A stretch of 59,427 bases of DNA, filler included, from Squatina squatina (lineage: Eukaryota): the NCBI GenBank assembly GCA_031763465.1. It is 4 parts of 3 records of this genome, joined end to end, with 100 filler letters (N's around TTAATTAATTAA, not from the genome) between each part and the next. Parts side by side here need not be neighbours in the genome. Positions count along the whole stretch, not along the records: positions 1 to 13,814 come from JARFOE010000115.1; 3 more parts are not named here. One strand, given 5' to 3'. How positions within the stretch are numbered: the first letter of the stretch is position 1; every line of letters starts with the position of its first letter. Shown piece after piece: positions 1-12,404 of the stretch. The translations under genes and the position numbers were made by a program. The notes beneath the pieces are model-generated. The model saw only the letters and a list, made by a program, of their open reading frames with translations. It made no database searches and was not told the origin of the DNA.

Positions 1-2820
1 TATGAAACTTATCAGCTTTTTTTCACCTCCCTATTAAATTTGGACCTTCGATTACATTTACATTTTTGTTTTTTGTTTTTAAATTGACTATTACCTTCAT
101 TTAAAACATTACTTAGAACCTATAAATGAGGAATTCTGGACCCAAAAGACTTGCACTCTGCAACTGATCTATTCAAATCTCAAAAACACAAGCCTGATCT
201 CCCATTTTCTTCCACCGTCACCCCCATTCTAAAATGTACTGAATAGCATTGCCACTGGGCTTCTTTAGAATAATCGGGAAAAGTTATATTCAAGCCAATG
301 TGTTTCAATGTTCAGTCAATACACTTCATTCATCGTCTCAAACCTCTCCCACCACCATCACAATTAGTAATTAGACTTGTAATCGCCAATACTACACCTC
401 AATGCTTGTTTAAAATAATTCTCCAGGCGGAGCACATTTGGAATGACAATCTAATTGTACAGTAGGGTTTTTTCCACAGGCTTAATGGAATTAGTATGAA
501 ACTTGCATACACCCATTAGGCTTTACTGAAATCCTGGTGAAAACACATGTATATCCCTTCAATCTAGCATCAAAGCATTATTGGATGGTTTAAATTTAAA
601 CATTTTGATGGTAGAAATGCTTTCATAGTCCTGAAAGGAGGCATTATACTTAATGTTAAGCACAGAAGATTTTTAGATGCAAATTATTTTCATAGTGGAC
701 TACAGGTCATTAAGCTTCCCAATGTAAAACATTACTTAATTTCTGCAAGTGGTGCTGCATTAAAATCCAAAAGTACTTCTACAAAAGGAGCGTTTAAAAA
801 CCACAATGAAAATAGACACTGAAACCTGATCCCAATTTTACAAGGGAATTGTATGCTTTTATCAGAATTTTAGTGGAGATTGCTTTGAGATTTATAAAAT
901 ACACCATACAAAATGCTAACAGTGTGCCATTAGTTTCCTCAAAATTCTCACCCTAACCTTTACACAGAATTAATGTTTCACAAAAGTTAGCCGATTTATA
1001 GTTTTTGCAGCTGCCAGACGAGGTACCTCCATTTAGACTAATCTCAGGACTTGCATGTGTTTTTGTTTGGCTACAAATACTACTGTCTTAAAATTTTAAA
1101 GCAAGGGTCATCAAAAGAGCAGTGGAGGTTATTAGAATCAATGTTATGGCATGCTTTTCCTCCAGGTTTTGGCAGTCTTTTGTACTTCATCACATGGCAA
1201 GTACTGCTTGTTGTGTACTACCTTATCTGTAATGTACTCTCATTGAAAGAGAAATTAAAGACAAAAATCCATCCAGATCTTGTATCCACTGGCAGTAGAA
1301 ATTACAAAAATCTACCCGAATAGCTGAAGCACATATGCCTGCTGCTGTACTCTGTCCACTGAAAATGGGAGAATGCAGTGTGTTCTTTGAAGAAAATAGC
1401 ATTGTCAAATAGGACAATCTCAGAATTTCTGATAGTAAACAATTCCAAAAGTTAAACTAAGCAAGTTAAAAACGTCACTAAGCTGTACGTTGTTGCAGTC
1501 CCTCACTTGTTTGCTATACACTCAACCTCCAATGTACCAGTTCAGAAACCTGCATCTTACAGGTTAGTTACTTTTATTCTGAAATAAGCTCACATTACTT
1601 GTTCTTGCATATTTCAGGAGATTTGCACAAGCTGTTGGTTCAGAGGAAAGCTATTGCACACTTCAAGATACAGAAACAGTTATTACCTGTGGTACAAATG
1701 CATGTCAGAGTGTTAAAGCATAATATCAAAAACATTTCTGCTATCTAATAATTTAGAGAAATACAGTAACTGCACTCTTGGAGCTCAAGAGGAAAAAAGG
1801 TCACGATACATTTTAAACAAAGCAAAATTACCCATGTGTAATGCCAATCATTAGGTTTAACACTCTGGCTTCAGTGGGCTATTTTCCACACCACAACCCT
1901 CCCTCTCCTCTTCCCCTCCCCCTACAGCACATCAGCAGAACCAAGAATTTGAATCAGTTTCATGATCTATGCTGAAAATAAAACCTTCAAAAAAATTAAA
2001 ATAATTGCTGTACAGTGAAACAGAAAACTTTGACACTCACAGTTACCCTTTGTGATGGAAGAATATTTCAATACACCATCTGTATTTGAGTAAGAAGTAG
2101 ATGCTGCTCAACTTAACAGCAGATTGTTAACACCAGTTGCACCACAGAGATGAATTTCTAGGTAAACTGATAATTTTGAAAATTGTATTGACTATTGTTC
2201 CGATTAAAAGCAAATGTTGGGTTTGAAAATTCTACTTTTTCCTAGGAAGAGCAGACTGTATGCACATCTGTATTCCCAGGATAATTTTTATTCTTACCAC
2301 AGCAAAAAAAACCCTAAATAATTAAAGAATGATTAACGACTTTCTTGTTAGAGATAAGTTGAACCACAATGACAGTTCAAGGAAGATTTTTTTTATTCAC
2401 ATTGACCTGGTGTTACAAAACAAGTCAATAAGACTTTGATGAAACATTTTGGACCCAGCCAGCCAAAAATAGATAGAACAGGGTGTTACGAGATAAGGAT
2501 CTAGTTGACGCCTCCACTCCCTGCTTTTTAATAAAGCAAGTTAACCAATTAACTATTATTGAGAGGACTTTATAAAGTCAATTTATGTACTTCTCATGTA
2601 AAGGTGATATGTACAGCCATGAAAATGTTTGAATTTTATTAAACACACAATAGACCATATATCACAATGTATTCATTGCCATTCTGGGAATATAACGCAG
2701 CTAACCCTCAGTTGGCTATGCCTCTGAATTTCTGCCTCATGTTGAAATGAGGATTCCACCTGAGGCCCACAACAACAGAACTTCAATCACAGAAACTGAA
2801 GGGGCTGTTCAACGACAAAA

Positions 2821-2949
2821 GGAAACATTGTTTGTGGGGCTATGGGGAAGGAGTTGGGGAGTTGGGGACTAACTGGGCAGCTCTTGCAAAGAGCCGGCAC
2901 AGGCTCAAAGGGGCAAATGGCCTACTTCCGTGCTGTATGATTCTACGAG
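2821..2949 (+). mobile_element. CR1-type LINE 3' end
   Basis: ggctatggggaa...agagccggcacaggc...aatggcctacttccgtgctgtatgattctacga; the same tail occurs at 22770-22880 and 49550-49737. Confidence 0.75.
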
Positions 2950-3042
2950 ATGGAAGATATTTCTTGTTACACAGGTAGCGAGTGCTAGAAGAGTGTTCGA
3001 TGGACTGTTATTCAAACCTACAAATGGAATGGAAAGAATGGA

Positions 3043-3270
3043 CAGAACTTGCATTTGTATAACCCGTTTCATGAACTCAGGGTGGCCCAAATCGCTCTCA
3101 TGGCCAATGAAGTACTTTGGAAGTGCAGGCAATCTTGGTTTGTGGGCAAACACAGCAGCTGTAAGATCCCACAATCACCAATGAGATAAATTATCAAATA
3201 ATCTGCTTTAGTGATATTGGTTGAGGGACAAAGTTGGCCAGGAAGAACTCCCCTACTCTCCTTTAAATCA
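3043..3270 (-). mobile_element. DeuSINE (SacSINE1-like) 3' half with L2-type tail
   Basis: Similar to 7234-7330 and the reverse complement of 27648-27760 (acttgcattt...gccaatgaagtactttggaagtg...agatcccacaa). Confidence 0.65.
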
Positions 3271-3375
3271 GATCTTTGCTTGGAGAGCAGACAAAACTAA
3301 ATCCCATGTTTTGTGGAAGCAGAATTTTTGGAGTGGGTAACTTAACCCCTTGTGATCTCTGTAAACATTAAACGT

Positions 3376-3538
3376 AAGAACATAAGAATTAGGAGCAGGA
3401 GTGGGCCATACGGCCCCTCAAGCCTGCTCCGCCATTCAATGAGATCATGGCTGATCTTCAACCTCAACTCCACTTTCCCGCCCGATCTCCATCTTGATTC
3501 CCCTAGAGTCCAAAAGTCTATCGACCTCAGTCTGGAAT
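3376..3538 (-). mobile_element. CR1-type LINE 3' end
   Basis: taagaacataagaattaggagcaggagtgggccatacggcccctcaagcctgctccgccattcaat is the reverse complement of the tail at 17700-17774. Confidence 0.8.
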
Positions 3539-3638
3539 NNNNNNNNNNNNNNNNNNNNNNNNNNNNNNNNNNNNNNNNNNNNNNNNNNNNNNNNNNNNNN
3601 NNNNNNNNNNNNNNNNNNNNNNNNNNNNNNNNNNNNNN

Positions 3639-4061
3639 GAATAAGAGCAGATTCCTTCAGAAGAGGATAGGTTGTGTACAACAAGATACATACCATAATA
3701 CAACATAAAGTGGGATCCAAGAACAGCACCCAGCAGGGTCCAGCTTCTGGAATGGTTTCGCCATTTTCAGACATGTTTGACTGTGTGCCATTTAGATGTG
3801 TTCGATCAACACAATGATCATGTAGACACAGATTAACGCATGGGCCATTTGCAGGACATGGGTTCCAAACAAAGTAAAATATCAGTGCATTTACCACCAC
3901 TATGACAGAGCCTAGGGCATCGCCTAACACATGGAGAAAGACACCACGCATGTTCAGTTGCGATGCGGAGTCTTCTATATCTCCAAATTCATCACGATGG
4001 TCATCAAGAATAGAAATCCCATTCAGTTGCAGGCCCTCCATACTATTCTCCCTCAGTAGAT
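3639..4061 (-). CDS. SLC30A1: Zinc transporter 1 (ZnT1), coding exon 2, 3' part lost in gap
   Basis: Acceptor ttttaaacag|AT at 4061. Translation DLLRENSMEGLQLNG...QLNMRGVFLHVLGDALGSVIVVVNALIFYF...GPCWVLFLDPTLCCIMVCILLYTTYPLLKESALI matches the ZnT1 TM5-TM6 region, including the HxxxD zinc site and the Cys-rich loop. Confidence 0.97.
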
Positions 4062-5022
4062 CTGTTTAAAACAAAACACATTATTAGACACAACAGAAGT
4101 GTTTAAAGATCTGCAGCATTTCTTTCTCCCTCTCATCACCTTTTGAAACTCCAATTTAAATTTACTACTCCTTGATTTCCCATATAAAACACCATTCTTT
4201 AGGACTACAGACAGACAACCTACTGAAAAGCCCACCGTCAATAGTATGTTTGAACCAGGCACTGAATGTTCAGAGCTTGATCTACCACAGGATTTGTCCT
4301 TCATATAATACTTATTTAAAATGAAAAAACAAAACACATTCATAGCATTTAAACACACACACCTAAATCAAATGAGATTTCCACTTACTAATGTGTTAAA
4401 TATTTAATCATAGAGCTAATTAAATGAAGTTTGCAATAAGAGTCATTGGGAGAGGCAAAGGAGTTGAAAATGTTCTTTTCCCCTCTGAATCTTGGCAATG
4501 ATGGGATGGAACTTGCTTTTTCAAAGAATATGAGGAGATTTAGGAAATGGCTACTAAATTGGCAATTCNNNNNNNNNNNNNNNNNNNNNNNNNNNNNNNN
4601 NNNNNNNNNNNNNNNNNNNNNNNNNNNNNNNNNNNNNNNNNNNNNNNNNNNNNNNNNNNNNNNNNNNNAAATTACACCAAGACATCGCCAGGTAACGCTA
4701 CAGAAACAAGCTCGGGATCGAACCCTTACTATAATTCATAAGTTTTCTTCATTGGATTTTTTTCTGTGGACATAGCGTCGAATTCGGTACAGATAATGCC
4801 ATGACATTTTACTACGAGCAAATTACAACCAATCGATAAAAAAAACATTCCCAGGGATGTCACAAAGTGGAAAAAAACGGTTTTGATTGCTCTTCTAGAT
4901 CGTGGTTCCTGTTTCAGTGATTTCGAGCCCGACTCTGGAGTTGTTCTCCAGTTACGGTCACATCACATCCCCAGGGTTTTCCATTTGCACAAGACAACAA
5001 TACAAAAAAAAAGTGCATCTAC

Positions 5023-5492
5023 CGTTCACAAGCCGGGGGTCGCCGCAGCGCGGACCGAAGCCGTCCTGCTTGTCGGGGCTGACGCCGTTGATGGCGCTGC
5101 CGCTATTGACCAAGATGTTGATCTCCTCCTGGTTCAGGCTCGTCCCGTTGCCGGACAGCTTCTCGGCATCGCCCCTCTTCTTCCTGCGGAGCCAGTGGCC
5201 GCTCCGGGAGCCCGAGACGTGGGTGTGCGAGTGTCCGTGGGCCGCCGCCCCTCCTTCTCCCCCACCTCCTCCTGCTCCCCCGCCGCCGCCGCCGTGGAAC
5301 ATGCAGAGCCCCAGCAGGTTGACCAGCAGCCCGGCGGCTCCTACCCCGATCACCACCACCGCGTTCTGGATCTCCCGCGGCTCGCTGAAGCGCTCGATGG
5401 CCTCCAGCACGATGGTGAAGCAGAGCGCCGTCAGGAAGACGGCGTTGACCAGCGCGCCCATCACCTCAGCTCGGATCCAGCCGAACGTGTTC
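5023..5492 (-). CDS. SLC30A1: ZnT1 coding exon 1, 5' part lost in gap
   Basis: NTFGWIRAEVMGALVNAVFLTALCFTIVLEAIERFSEP...HGHSH (CDF signature and His-rich loop). Donor AAC G|gtagat at 5023, phase 1, joins exon 2 in frame as GAT (Asp). The exon is GC/CpG-rich. Confidence 0.97.
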
Positions 5493-5859
5493 NNNNNNNN
5501 NNNNNNNNNNNNNNNNNNNNNNNNNNNNNNNNNNNNNNNNNNNNNNNNNNNNNNNNNNNNNNNNNNNNNNNNNNNNNNNNNNNNNNNNNNNNCAGTAAGG
5601 CAGCAACATGCCACAAGACAATGTGACCCATGGCACTTGATTAGAAAGCAAGTGATTGATCTTTAGGATGCTGAAGGTAGGATGTTTGTTCTCATTTGTG
5701 TGTGTGGAAACAAAAATTGAGACTAATAAGAGATTCAAAATAGGAGATGTGCAGTTTAGCTTTAAAAGAAAAGGGATTGTCAACTTCATGATAGATCACC
5801 ATTCGACAGATCACTGATGCAGCTTTTCGCAGAATTAAAAAAAGTCTATTACAGACAAA

Positions 5860-6092
5860 TTAGCGCATACCCAAAAGTTGCCTGCTTTTTAATTGGTAAT
5901 TTTTTTCCATTTCACATAATGCTCTGGCACGGAGGTTAGCAGCTTGCAATCTTTTCTTCAGATCCAAGTTTTTTGGTTTATTAAGAAGTCGCTTTGTTGC
6001 ATCACTTTCCTTGAAGTGAATGTTTTCTTTACTTTCCCCTGCAAAATGAACTTTCTTCTTCCCGGGAGAGGATCCTGTGTCTACAGAATCAT
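5860..6092 (-). CDS. NEK2: NEK2 kinase, last coding exon (NEK2A-type C-terminus)
   Basis: Acceptor ctccgctag|AT at 6092. KKKVHFAGESKENI...LKKRLQAANLRARALCEMEKNYQLKSRQLLGMR* contains the KVHF PP1 motif, a KEN box and the terminal MR dipeptide. Confidence 0.96.
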
Positions 6093-6521
6093 CTAGCGGA
6101 GAAATCAAATGAAAAGAAAATCAGTTTCAGACATAGTTTAAGTTATGTGGATTCCAGCTTTTTAAAAAAAAAATGTACAAAGGCGATAAGAGGTTATCTC
6201 AACTGATGTAGTCTCAACTGATGATTTTTTTAAAAAATAGGGACCAGCTTTTTTTGGGATGGGGTGAGAAGAAAGGGAAAGAAGATGAAGGATGGAAAAA
6301 AATTAAAATTTTTCAGCTCTCACCAGATATATCATGTTTCACCATTAAAGACCACCACATAAGGCAGTCCTCAACCCCTACAAACCAAAATATGTTACCT
6401 TAGATCCAGAGCGCCCATAGANNNNNNNNNNNNNNNNNNNNNNNNNNNNNNNNNNNNNNNNNNNNNNNNNNNNNNNNNNNNNNNNNNNNNNNNNNNNNNN
6501 NNNNNNNNNNNNNNNNNNNNN

Positions 6522-6681
6522 ACCTAGTTTGACATTATGTTGCCCATCAAGAAAGACATTAGCAGGTTTCAGATCTCTGTGTAGCACTGTGCGACCACTT
6601 TCACTGCGTCTGTGACATTCTCGTAGGGCCAGAGCTAACTGAGCAAGTACACGCAAGGCAAAATCTTCCTCCAAATACCGC
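6522..6681 (-). CDS. NEK2: NEK2 kinase-domain exon with catalytic loop, truncated by gap
   Basis: Acceptor gtcttgcag|G at 6681. RYLEEDFALRVLAQLALALRECHRRSESGRTVLHRDLKPANVFLDGQHNVKLG, ending just before DFG. Confidence 0.95.
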
Positions 6682-7054
6682 CTGCAAGACAAATATGGAT
6701 TTTTAAAAAATAAAAAACAGTACTCTTGAAAATATTCAATAAGAAAAATTTCATAATATTTCTACAGCTCAGGAATTTTAAATAAAATATGCAACTCTGA
6801 AACCAAACAATGCAGGCAACACTGTCCACTCTAAAGGGATTATCCTCACCTATTATTATCTGTTGCAGCTCAAGTGTTATCTTAATTATTTAGCATATTG
6901 GAAATAATGTACTCTGGGAAGTTACAGTCCTTTATTCTTATTTTTTTTCTAGTGTCCTATTTTCTGCCTGGTGTTCATTCTGCTGGGACACAATCCCACA
7001 GTTACTATCCTGATTCCTCACCCAAATGGCTATTTTTAATTCATTAAAAAAAAT

Positions 7055-7133
7055 AAGAAAAACTGCAAATGCTGGAAGATGAAGAGTCCACCCAAAACAG
7101 TTCTCTCCACAGATGCTGTTTAACCTGCTGAGT
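7055..7133. mobile_element. Penelope-like element terminal fragment
   Basis: aaactgcaaatgctggaa...ctctccacagatgctg...acctgctgagt; related pieces at 17244-17300 and 46070-46232. Confidence 0.5.
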
Positions 7134-7233
7134 NNNNNNNNNNNNNNNNNNNNNNNNNNNNNNNNNNNNNNNNNNNNNNNNNNNNNNNNNNNNNNNNNNN
7201 NNNNNNNNNNNNNNNNNNNNNNNNNNNNNNNNN

Positions 7234-7541
7234 AGGTCCCACAAGCAACAATGAGATAATGACCAGATAATCTCTCTTTAGTAATGTTGGTTGACAGATA
7301 AATGTTGGCCAGAACACCCGGAAAACTTGTCTGCTCTTCAAATAGCAACACAGGACCTTTTACATCCACCCGAGAGGGCAGACAGGGCATCAGTTTAATG
7401 TCTCATCCAAAAGACACACTCTCCACCAATGCAGCATTCCCTCAGTACTACACTGAAGTGTTAACCTAGATTACGTGCTGAAATCTCTGGAGTGGGGCTT
7501 GATCCCATGACCTGACTCCGAGCCGAGAATGCTGCCACTGT
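7234..7541 (-). mobile_element. DeuSINE (SacSINE1/AmnSINE1-like) with tRNA-derived head
   Basis: Deu-domain-like core (ttttacatccacccgagagggcagacagggcatcagtttaatgtctcatccaaaagac...ccctcagtact) and a B-box-like head near 7495-7510. Confidence 0.75.
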
Positions 7542-7852
7542 TCTATGGCTGATCAATTGTACTGTCCTTCAGTTGGTCAACAAACCTGGAGAAAAGGGAT
7601 CCTTGCCTCTGGACCAGTTCCTCCCTGTGTTTTATAAAAGCAGTAAAGTTTTGTTTGGGTTGAAGTTCTTTATTATTTTGAAGCCATCTTATTGATTATA
7701 GTGGAGTGGAATCTGCTCGTCATATGCAGCTCAGAAATTTGACTGACTTTGTGTGAAAGCACATGGTGAACTTTAATGTAGCTTTATAGCTTTTGTTCAG
7801 ACTGTGATTTATGCCAGAGCAGTAGTAGAGATGCAGTAATTGCTCTCAACAT

Positions 7853-8110
7853 TTCTCGACCAGGGAGCAAGGATCAATCACTCCTGACTGCCATAGAGTG
7901 ACTCCTATTGCAAGGTGCATATGTGGGCATTGGTAAGGACAGGATCTGACTTGAATGTCATGCCTTCTCTCTTCTTCCCGCCCACCCCCAGGTGCTGCAA
8001 AAACTCACTGTAGGTTCATAAGAACGGTGGCTTGGAGGAGGAACCAATGGTCTAGCAGCGCCCGAGAGTCTCTGCTCTAGCAAGAGTCGTTACGTTCAAG
8101 ACTGGAGGAA
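7853..8110 (+). mobile_element. Old tRNA-SINE-like repeat (second family)
   Basis: Resembles the reverse complement of 56375-56640 and the piece at 22390-22510 (ctcctga...gtgggcattggtaaggacaggatc). Confidence 0.4.
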
Positions 8111-8379
8111 ATAATATTGGGGAGGGGAAGAGGAGCTTAGTACAACTAGTGCAAATAACAATTAAGGTTCAGTTAACAGAAAACTGAATTTCTAACTTCA
8201 GAAAATAGAACTAGACCACTTGATGCTTGAATTTCATTTCCACTTGTTTATTTTCTGAGTTATGGTTCTGCTTCCCTTCTATCCCATGAAAACATTCTAC
8301 ACATTTGTATATTGCATGTTTTAGGTGGGTTTTCAAGCTGATGGTGATCTATAACATATTTGCTATATGTACATCCTGC

Positions 8380-8912
8380 TTCTCGGCGACATCGTGTACA
8401 TGTACACTGACGACACCCAGCTCTACCTCACCACCACCACCTCTCGACCCCTCGCTATTTCTAAATGTCACACTGCTTTTTTGACATCTGGTCCTGGATG
8501 AGCTGAAATTTCCTCCAACTAAATATTGGGAATACTGAAGCCAGTGTCTTCGGTCCCCATCACAAACTTCGTTCCCTAGCCACCGACTCCAACCCTCTCT
8601 ATGGCAACTGTCTGAGGCTGAACCAAACTGCTCGCAACCTTGGTGTCATATTTGACCCCGAGATGAGCTTCTGACTACATCCGCGTCATCTGCCTTTTTC
8701 CACCTCTAGCATTACCTCAGGAATTCCCTCTCTAAATCTCTGACTCTTTCCTCCTTTAATACACTCCTACCTTTTTGACCAAACTTTTGGTCATCTGCCC
8801 TAATATCTCCTTATGTAGCTCGGTGTCACATTTTCTTTGATAACCGTCCTGTGAAGCGCCTTGGAACGTTTTACTAAGTTAAAGGCGCTATACAAATGTG
8901 AGCTGCTGCTGC
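8380..8912 (+). mobile_element. L2-clade LINE: degenerate RT C-terminus plus 3' tail
   Basis: MYTDDTQLYL (YADD-like), then FLQLNIGNTEA, RNLGVIFDPEMSF, and the L2 tail gtgaagcgccttggaacg...aaaggcgctatacaaatg. Confidence 0.85.
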
Positions 8913-8978
8913 TACGGGTATGAAGGGAGTTTTTACTGTGAACTGGTATCTTTCTGCAAATGTTTTTTTCTTTCCTAG

Positions 8979-9085
8979 TGGTTGAATGGGGAGATGACGT
9001 GAAAGCAATTACTGAAGATGAAACCATGGTCTTGGTGAATCATCAGGCAACAGGTGATGTCTGCACCCTCATGATGTGTCTCCAG
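8979..9085 (+). CDS. LPGAT1: Lysophosphatidylglycerol acyltransferase 1, internal exon truncated by gap
   Basis: Acceptor tttcctag|TG. VEWGDDVKAITEDETMVLVNHQATGDVCTLMMCLQ carries the acyltransferase NHxxxxD motif. Confidence 0.95.
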
Positions 9086-10638
9086 NNNNNNNNNNNNNNN
9101 NNNNNNNNNNNNNNNNNNNNNNNNNNNNNNNNNNNNNNNNNNNNNNNNNNNNNNNNNNNNNNNNNNNNNNNNNNNNNNNNNNNNNATATGATCCTATAGT
9201 AGTAAGTGGAAGATATTGTTTAAGGTACTTGATCCCTCTTGTTGTGGTCTTTAGTCTGTGTACTTAGCAGCTGCATATTTTAATTTAATATGCTGATGGT
9301 TTGCAGTACACTGTTCAGGCAATGTGATATTTACTGTAAGTGTTTAAGGGAAGGAGGGTTAGTATTCTGTGAAGTTGTTGAGAGGTGCTGGTGTTTACAG
9401 TGTGCATGGAGTGTTCGAAGTGGTGGTACCTACTCTGCATGGTTTAAGAATTGGTGGCATCACAGCAGTGTTTTGGTCTGTATTCCTGGTGGTGATCATT
9501 TTATTCTAAGCACTTCCGGGGTGAAGAATAAAAACTCGGCTCTGAAATCTGTTTGAACCATTTATTATTCAGTATTTACAGTTTCATTTAGATCTCTCTG
9601 CTCAAGGAAAACTTGGTGGAAGCAAAAGGTTTGATGATTCAAGTTGTGAATTGTATTATTTTTAGAGTGTAAATAATATGAGAGCACATTCAGGTCAGGG
9701 TATTCTGATCATGAATCATTCTAACCTACAAATGATTTCCAAGTGCTGTGAACTCTATGCCGTCCGTGCTGTTTATTTGAGTATTGCATTTTAGTTTGTA
9801 TAGCAAACATTTAGCCATGTTTGCAACCTAACTGCCTGCCAGTTTGGATCTTTTTAAATGTCTCAAAATCATTATGACCTCTGTATATGTCCCACAGCAA
9901 CAATCAACATCATATTAGCACACAGGCGCTTGAAGGACTACTCCAGATTGCAAGCAACTTGTATCTAATAAGATACACAAAATACTCCCCAATATCGTGC
10001 TCCTAGCACTCCTTTTTTTTTATTGTATCTGCAATTCCAAAATAATTAATCTGCGGCCGAGTGTAACACTATGNNNNNNNNNNNNNNNNNNNNNNNNNNN
10101 NNNNNNNNNNNNNNNNNNNNNNNNNNNNNNNNNNNNNNNNNNNNNNNNNNNNNNNNNNNNNNNNNNNNNNNNNTGTTTCCTTTTTATTTTTGTGGTGACA
10201 CAAGAACATATCTGACTCCAATATGAATCAATATAGGAGGCAAAGAAGAATGGAAATCTCCTCGTTTAGATTTTTTTTAAATTGTGTAAGGACAACCTAG
10301 TTACTTCCCTTAAGTGTTGTTTCTTTTGCCTCCCGGCTACAACTAACTCAAGTTTCCCAGTTGGTAAGTTTTGCTAACTCTTGACCGATCTGCTGAATGG
10401 GGTGTTGATGGAGTGTGTTCCATCTCGGAGGGAGGAAAAGTCAGTCCTGCCCTTAGGAAGTTTACACCCTGTCCACCTGTGACAGTGGCATCAATGATGA
10501 CCACAGCCCTCAGTAGACATGTTACTCCCTCAGGTGAAGGAATGTTAATTGTTGAAGTGGATTATTCATTGGATAAAATGTAAACAGAACATGCTCCCTT
10601 TTACCAAGATAACTGAAAAATTGTTTTTTTTTTTGCAG

Positions 10639-10793
10639 GAGCTTTCCCACCTCCCAAAGGTCAAACAACAGCGACTTCCAGAGCTATGACCCTTGACCCA
10701 TTGTGGCTCTTCCTAGTACAACTAATGGGATTTCTTTCTGGCTACATGTGGTATAACGTTCTGCAGTATTTGTATCACTGCGTGGGGCTCTAG
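10639..10793 (+). CDS. LPGAT1: LPGAT1 last coding exon (absent from the ORF track)
   Basis: Acceptor poly-T-gcag|GA. (G)AFPPPKGQTTATSRAMTLDPLWLFLVQLMGFLSGYMWYNVLQYLYHCVGL* matches the LPGAT1 C-terminus (GAFPP...FLSGYMWYN). Confidence 0.93.
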
Positions 10794-12314
10794 GAATTTT
10801 GAGAACTAAAACATTGAATTAGGACTTGAACCCAAGCACGTGTGTCAGTGTCCATGTGTGAATGTAAATGTTTCTTGAAGGATGATAAAAAAAGAGAAGG
10901 ATGGATTGGTTGCCTGTCATTTTTCGTCAAGATTTTTAGACTCAAATTTAAAATATTAATCCAGATCATCAAGTCTACAACCTGGTGTTGAGTTCTGACA
11001 TGTTTACGTGGTCCGTAAGCACCCTCTCTGTTTAATTATGCTGCATATCTACAGATGTCCTCTTTGAGGGAAAAAAACGTTGGAGAAAACTTCAAATTAT
11101 TGCAGTAAAATCCATACCATCACTTCCCATTGCTTCAGGAGGCAAAATTGCCAACAGACAAGAATGTCACAAGGAAGCCCAATCTGCTACTGTTCATGTT
11201 AAAATGATCCTGATGAGAAACTCGTCAGAGCTGCCACTGTTTTCTATGTTATTGGCAGTGAGAAGTGTTTGTTTCCCTTAGCAGTTATTCAATATACTTC
11301 ATTTTGCGATTCATTAAAAGGCTACTGGTCTAAAGCATCTAAAATTCTAGTGATCACAGGTCATTAATTGTGTCACAATAGCTGCAGGTAAAATAGTTGG
11401 GAAAGCTGAAAAAACATGCTTCATTCCAGTTCTCTAGTATGTATGATATGTTAAATCTGAGTAAGGTTTAATTGAAATGACCAAACAGTGATGCAGCCAA
11501 TCATGTAGTATCTTACAGTGAGTAAGAAGCTGCTAGTTGTAGTTAGTTCAGAACATTCAGCAGTAATGTTGCAGAATAGCCAGGCTGTCAGATAGAACTG
11601 AAAGTATTTGTTATAAAAGACTTCACACAATGGACTAGAAACAGCAAAAAAAAGTTTACAAAATAGTTGAAAGTACAGGTCACCTGAGTAACTTTTACTC
11701 TGCTCCTTTCTTAAACTCAGTGATTCTGGCCGCATCCTTTATTGTACACATTCTATAGTTCAGTTGGATTGTGTAGATGTTACTGATGGATTGTGTGAAT
11801 TGATGCAGATCATTTTTAATCTTGCTCCACAAATCTGTTGAAGCTGAAGTTTTAGCAGGGATATTTGTGGTTGTTCCAATTTGATGCTTGGAAGTCATGA
11901 CTTAATTTTCAAAAGATAAAGACATTTTGTGTCCAGATTCATCTCTTGAACTTCAATATTTCATTTTCAACTAATGGGCTGATAGCCTAGACGTTAAGAT
12001 GAACATTTCACTGTCCGACACTGGATTCTGCTACCCGCTTCAAGATCAGTTTCATTGTTCTTTGCCATTGGGACGAGCAAAATAGCTCACCTTGGCAAAA
12101 GGGAAAATGCATTACTATGTATTCTAGTGTTTGGGGACTGAAAGTAGACACACTGGTTTACTTATTACTTGCAGTATGTTGTGTGTCTTAAGTTAACTTT
12201 TTTTTTTAGTTATGGCGCTATTTGCTTCTCGCCCTTGTTTCCCCTGCCTTCCACCTTTGCTTTCTACTTTTCTGTCTTTCATTTCTATCCTTGTTTCCTT
12301 CTCCTCCGTCTCCC

Positions 12315-12404
12315 TGCACAGGTTCCCATCCCCCTGCCATGCCAGTTTAAACTCTCCCCAAACACCCCCGCTAGGATATCGGTCCTGGTCCTGCCTGGGA
12401 GTAA
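12315..12404 (-). mobile_element. CR1 ORF1-region fragment
   Basis: cccctgccatgccagtttaaactctccccaaacacccccgctaggatatcggtcc resembles, from memory, antisense CR1 ORF1 sequence. Confidence 0.35.

Noticed and set aside
2041-2157. Exon-like ag...gtgagt segment on the minus strand
   Set aside because: Stops in all three frames and no supporting context.
4883-5666. Plus-strand ORFs of 247 and 254 aa
   Set aside because: Antisense shadows of GC-rich SLC30A1 exon 1, extended through an N gap.
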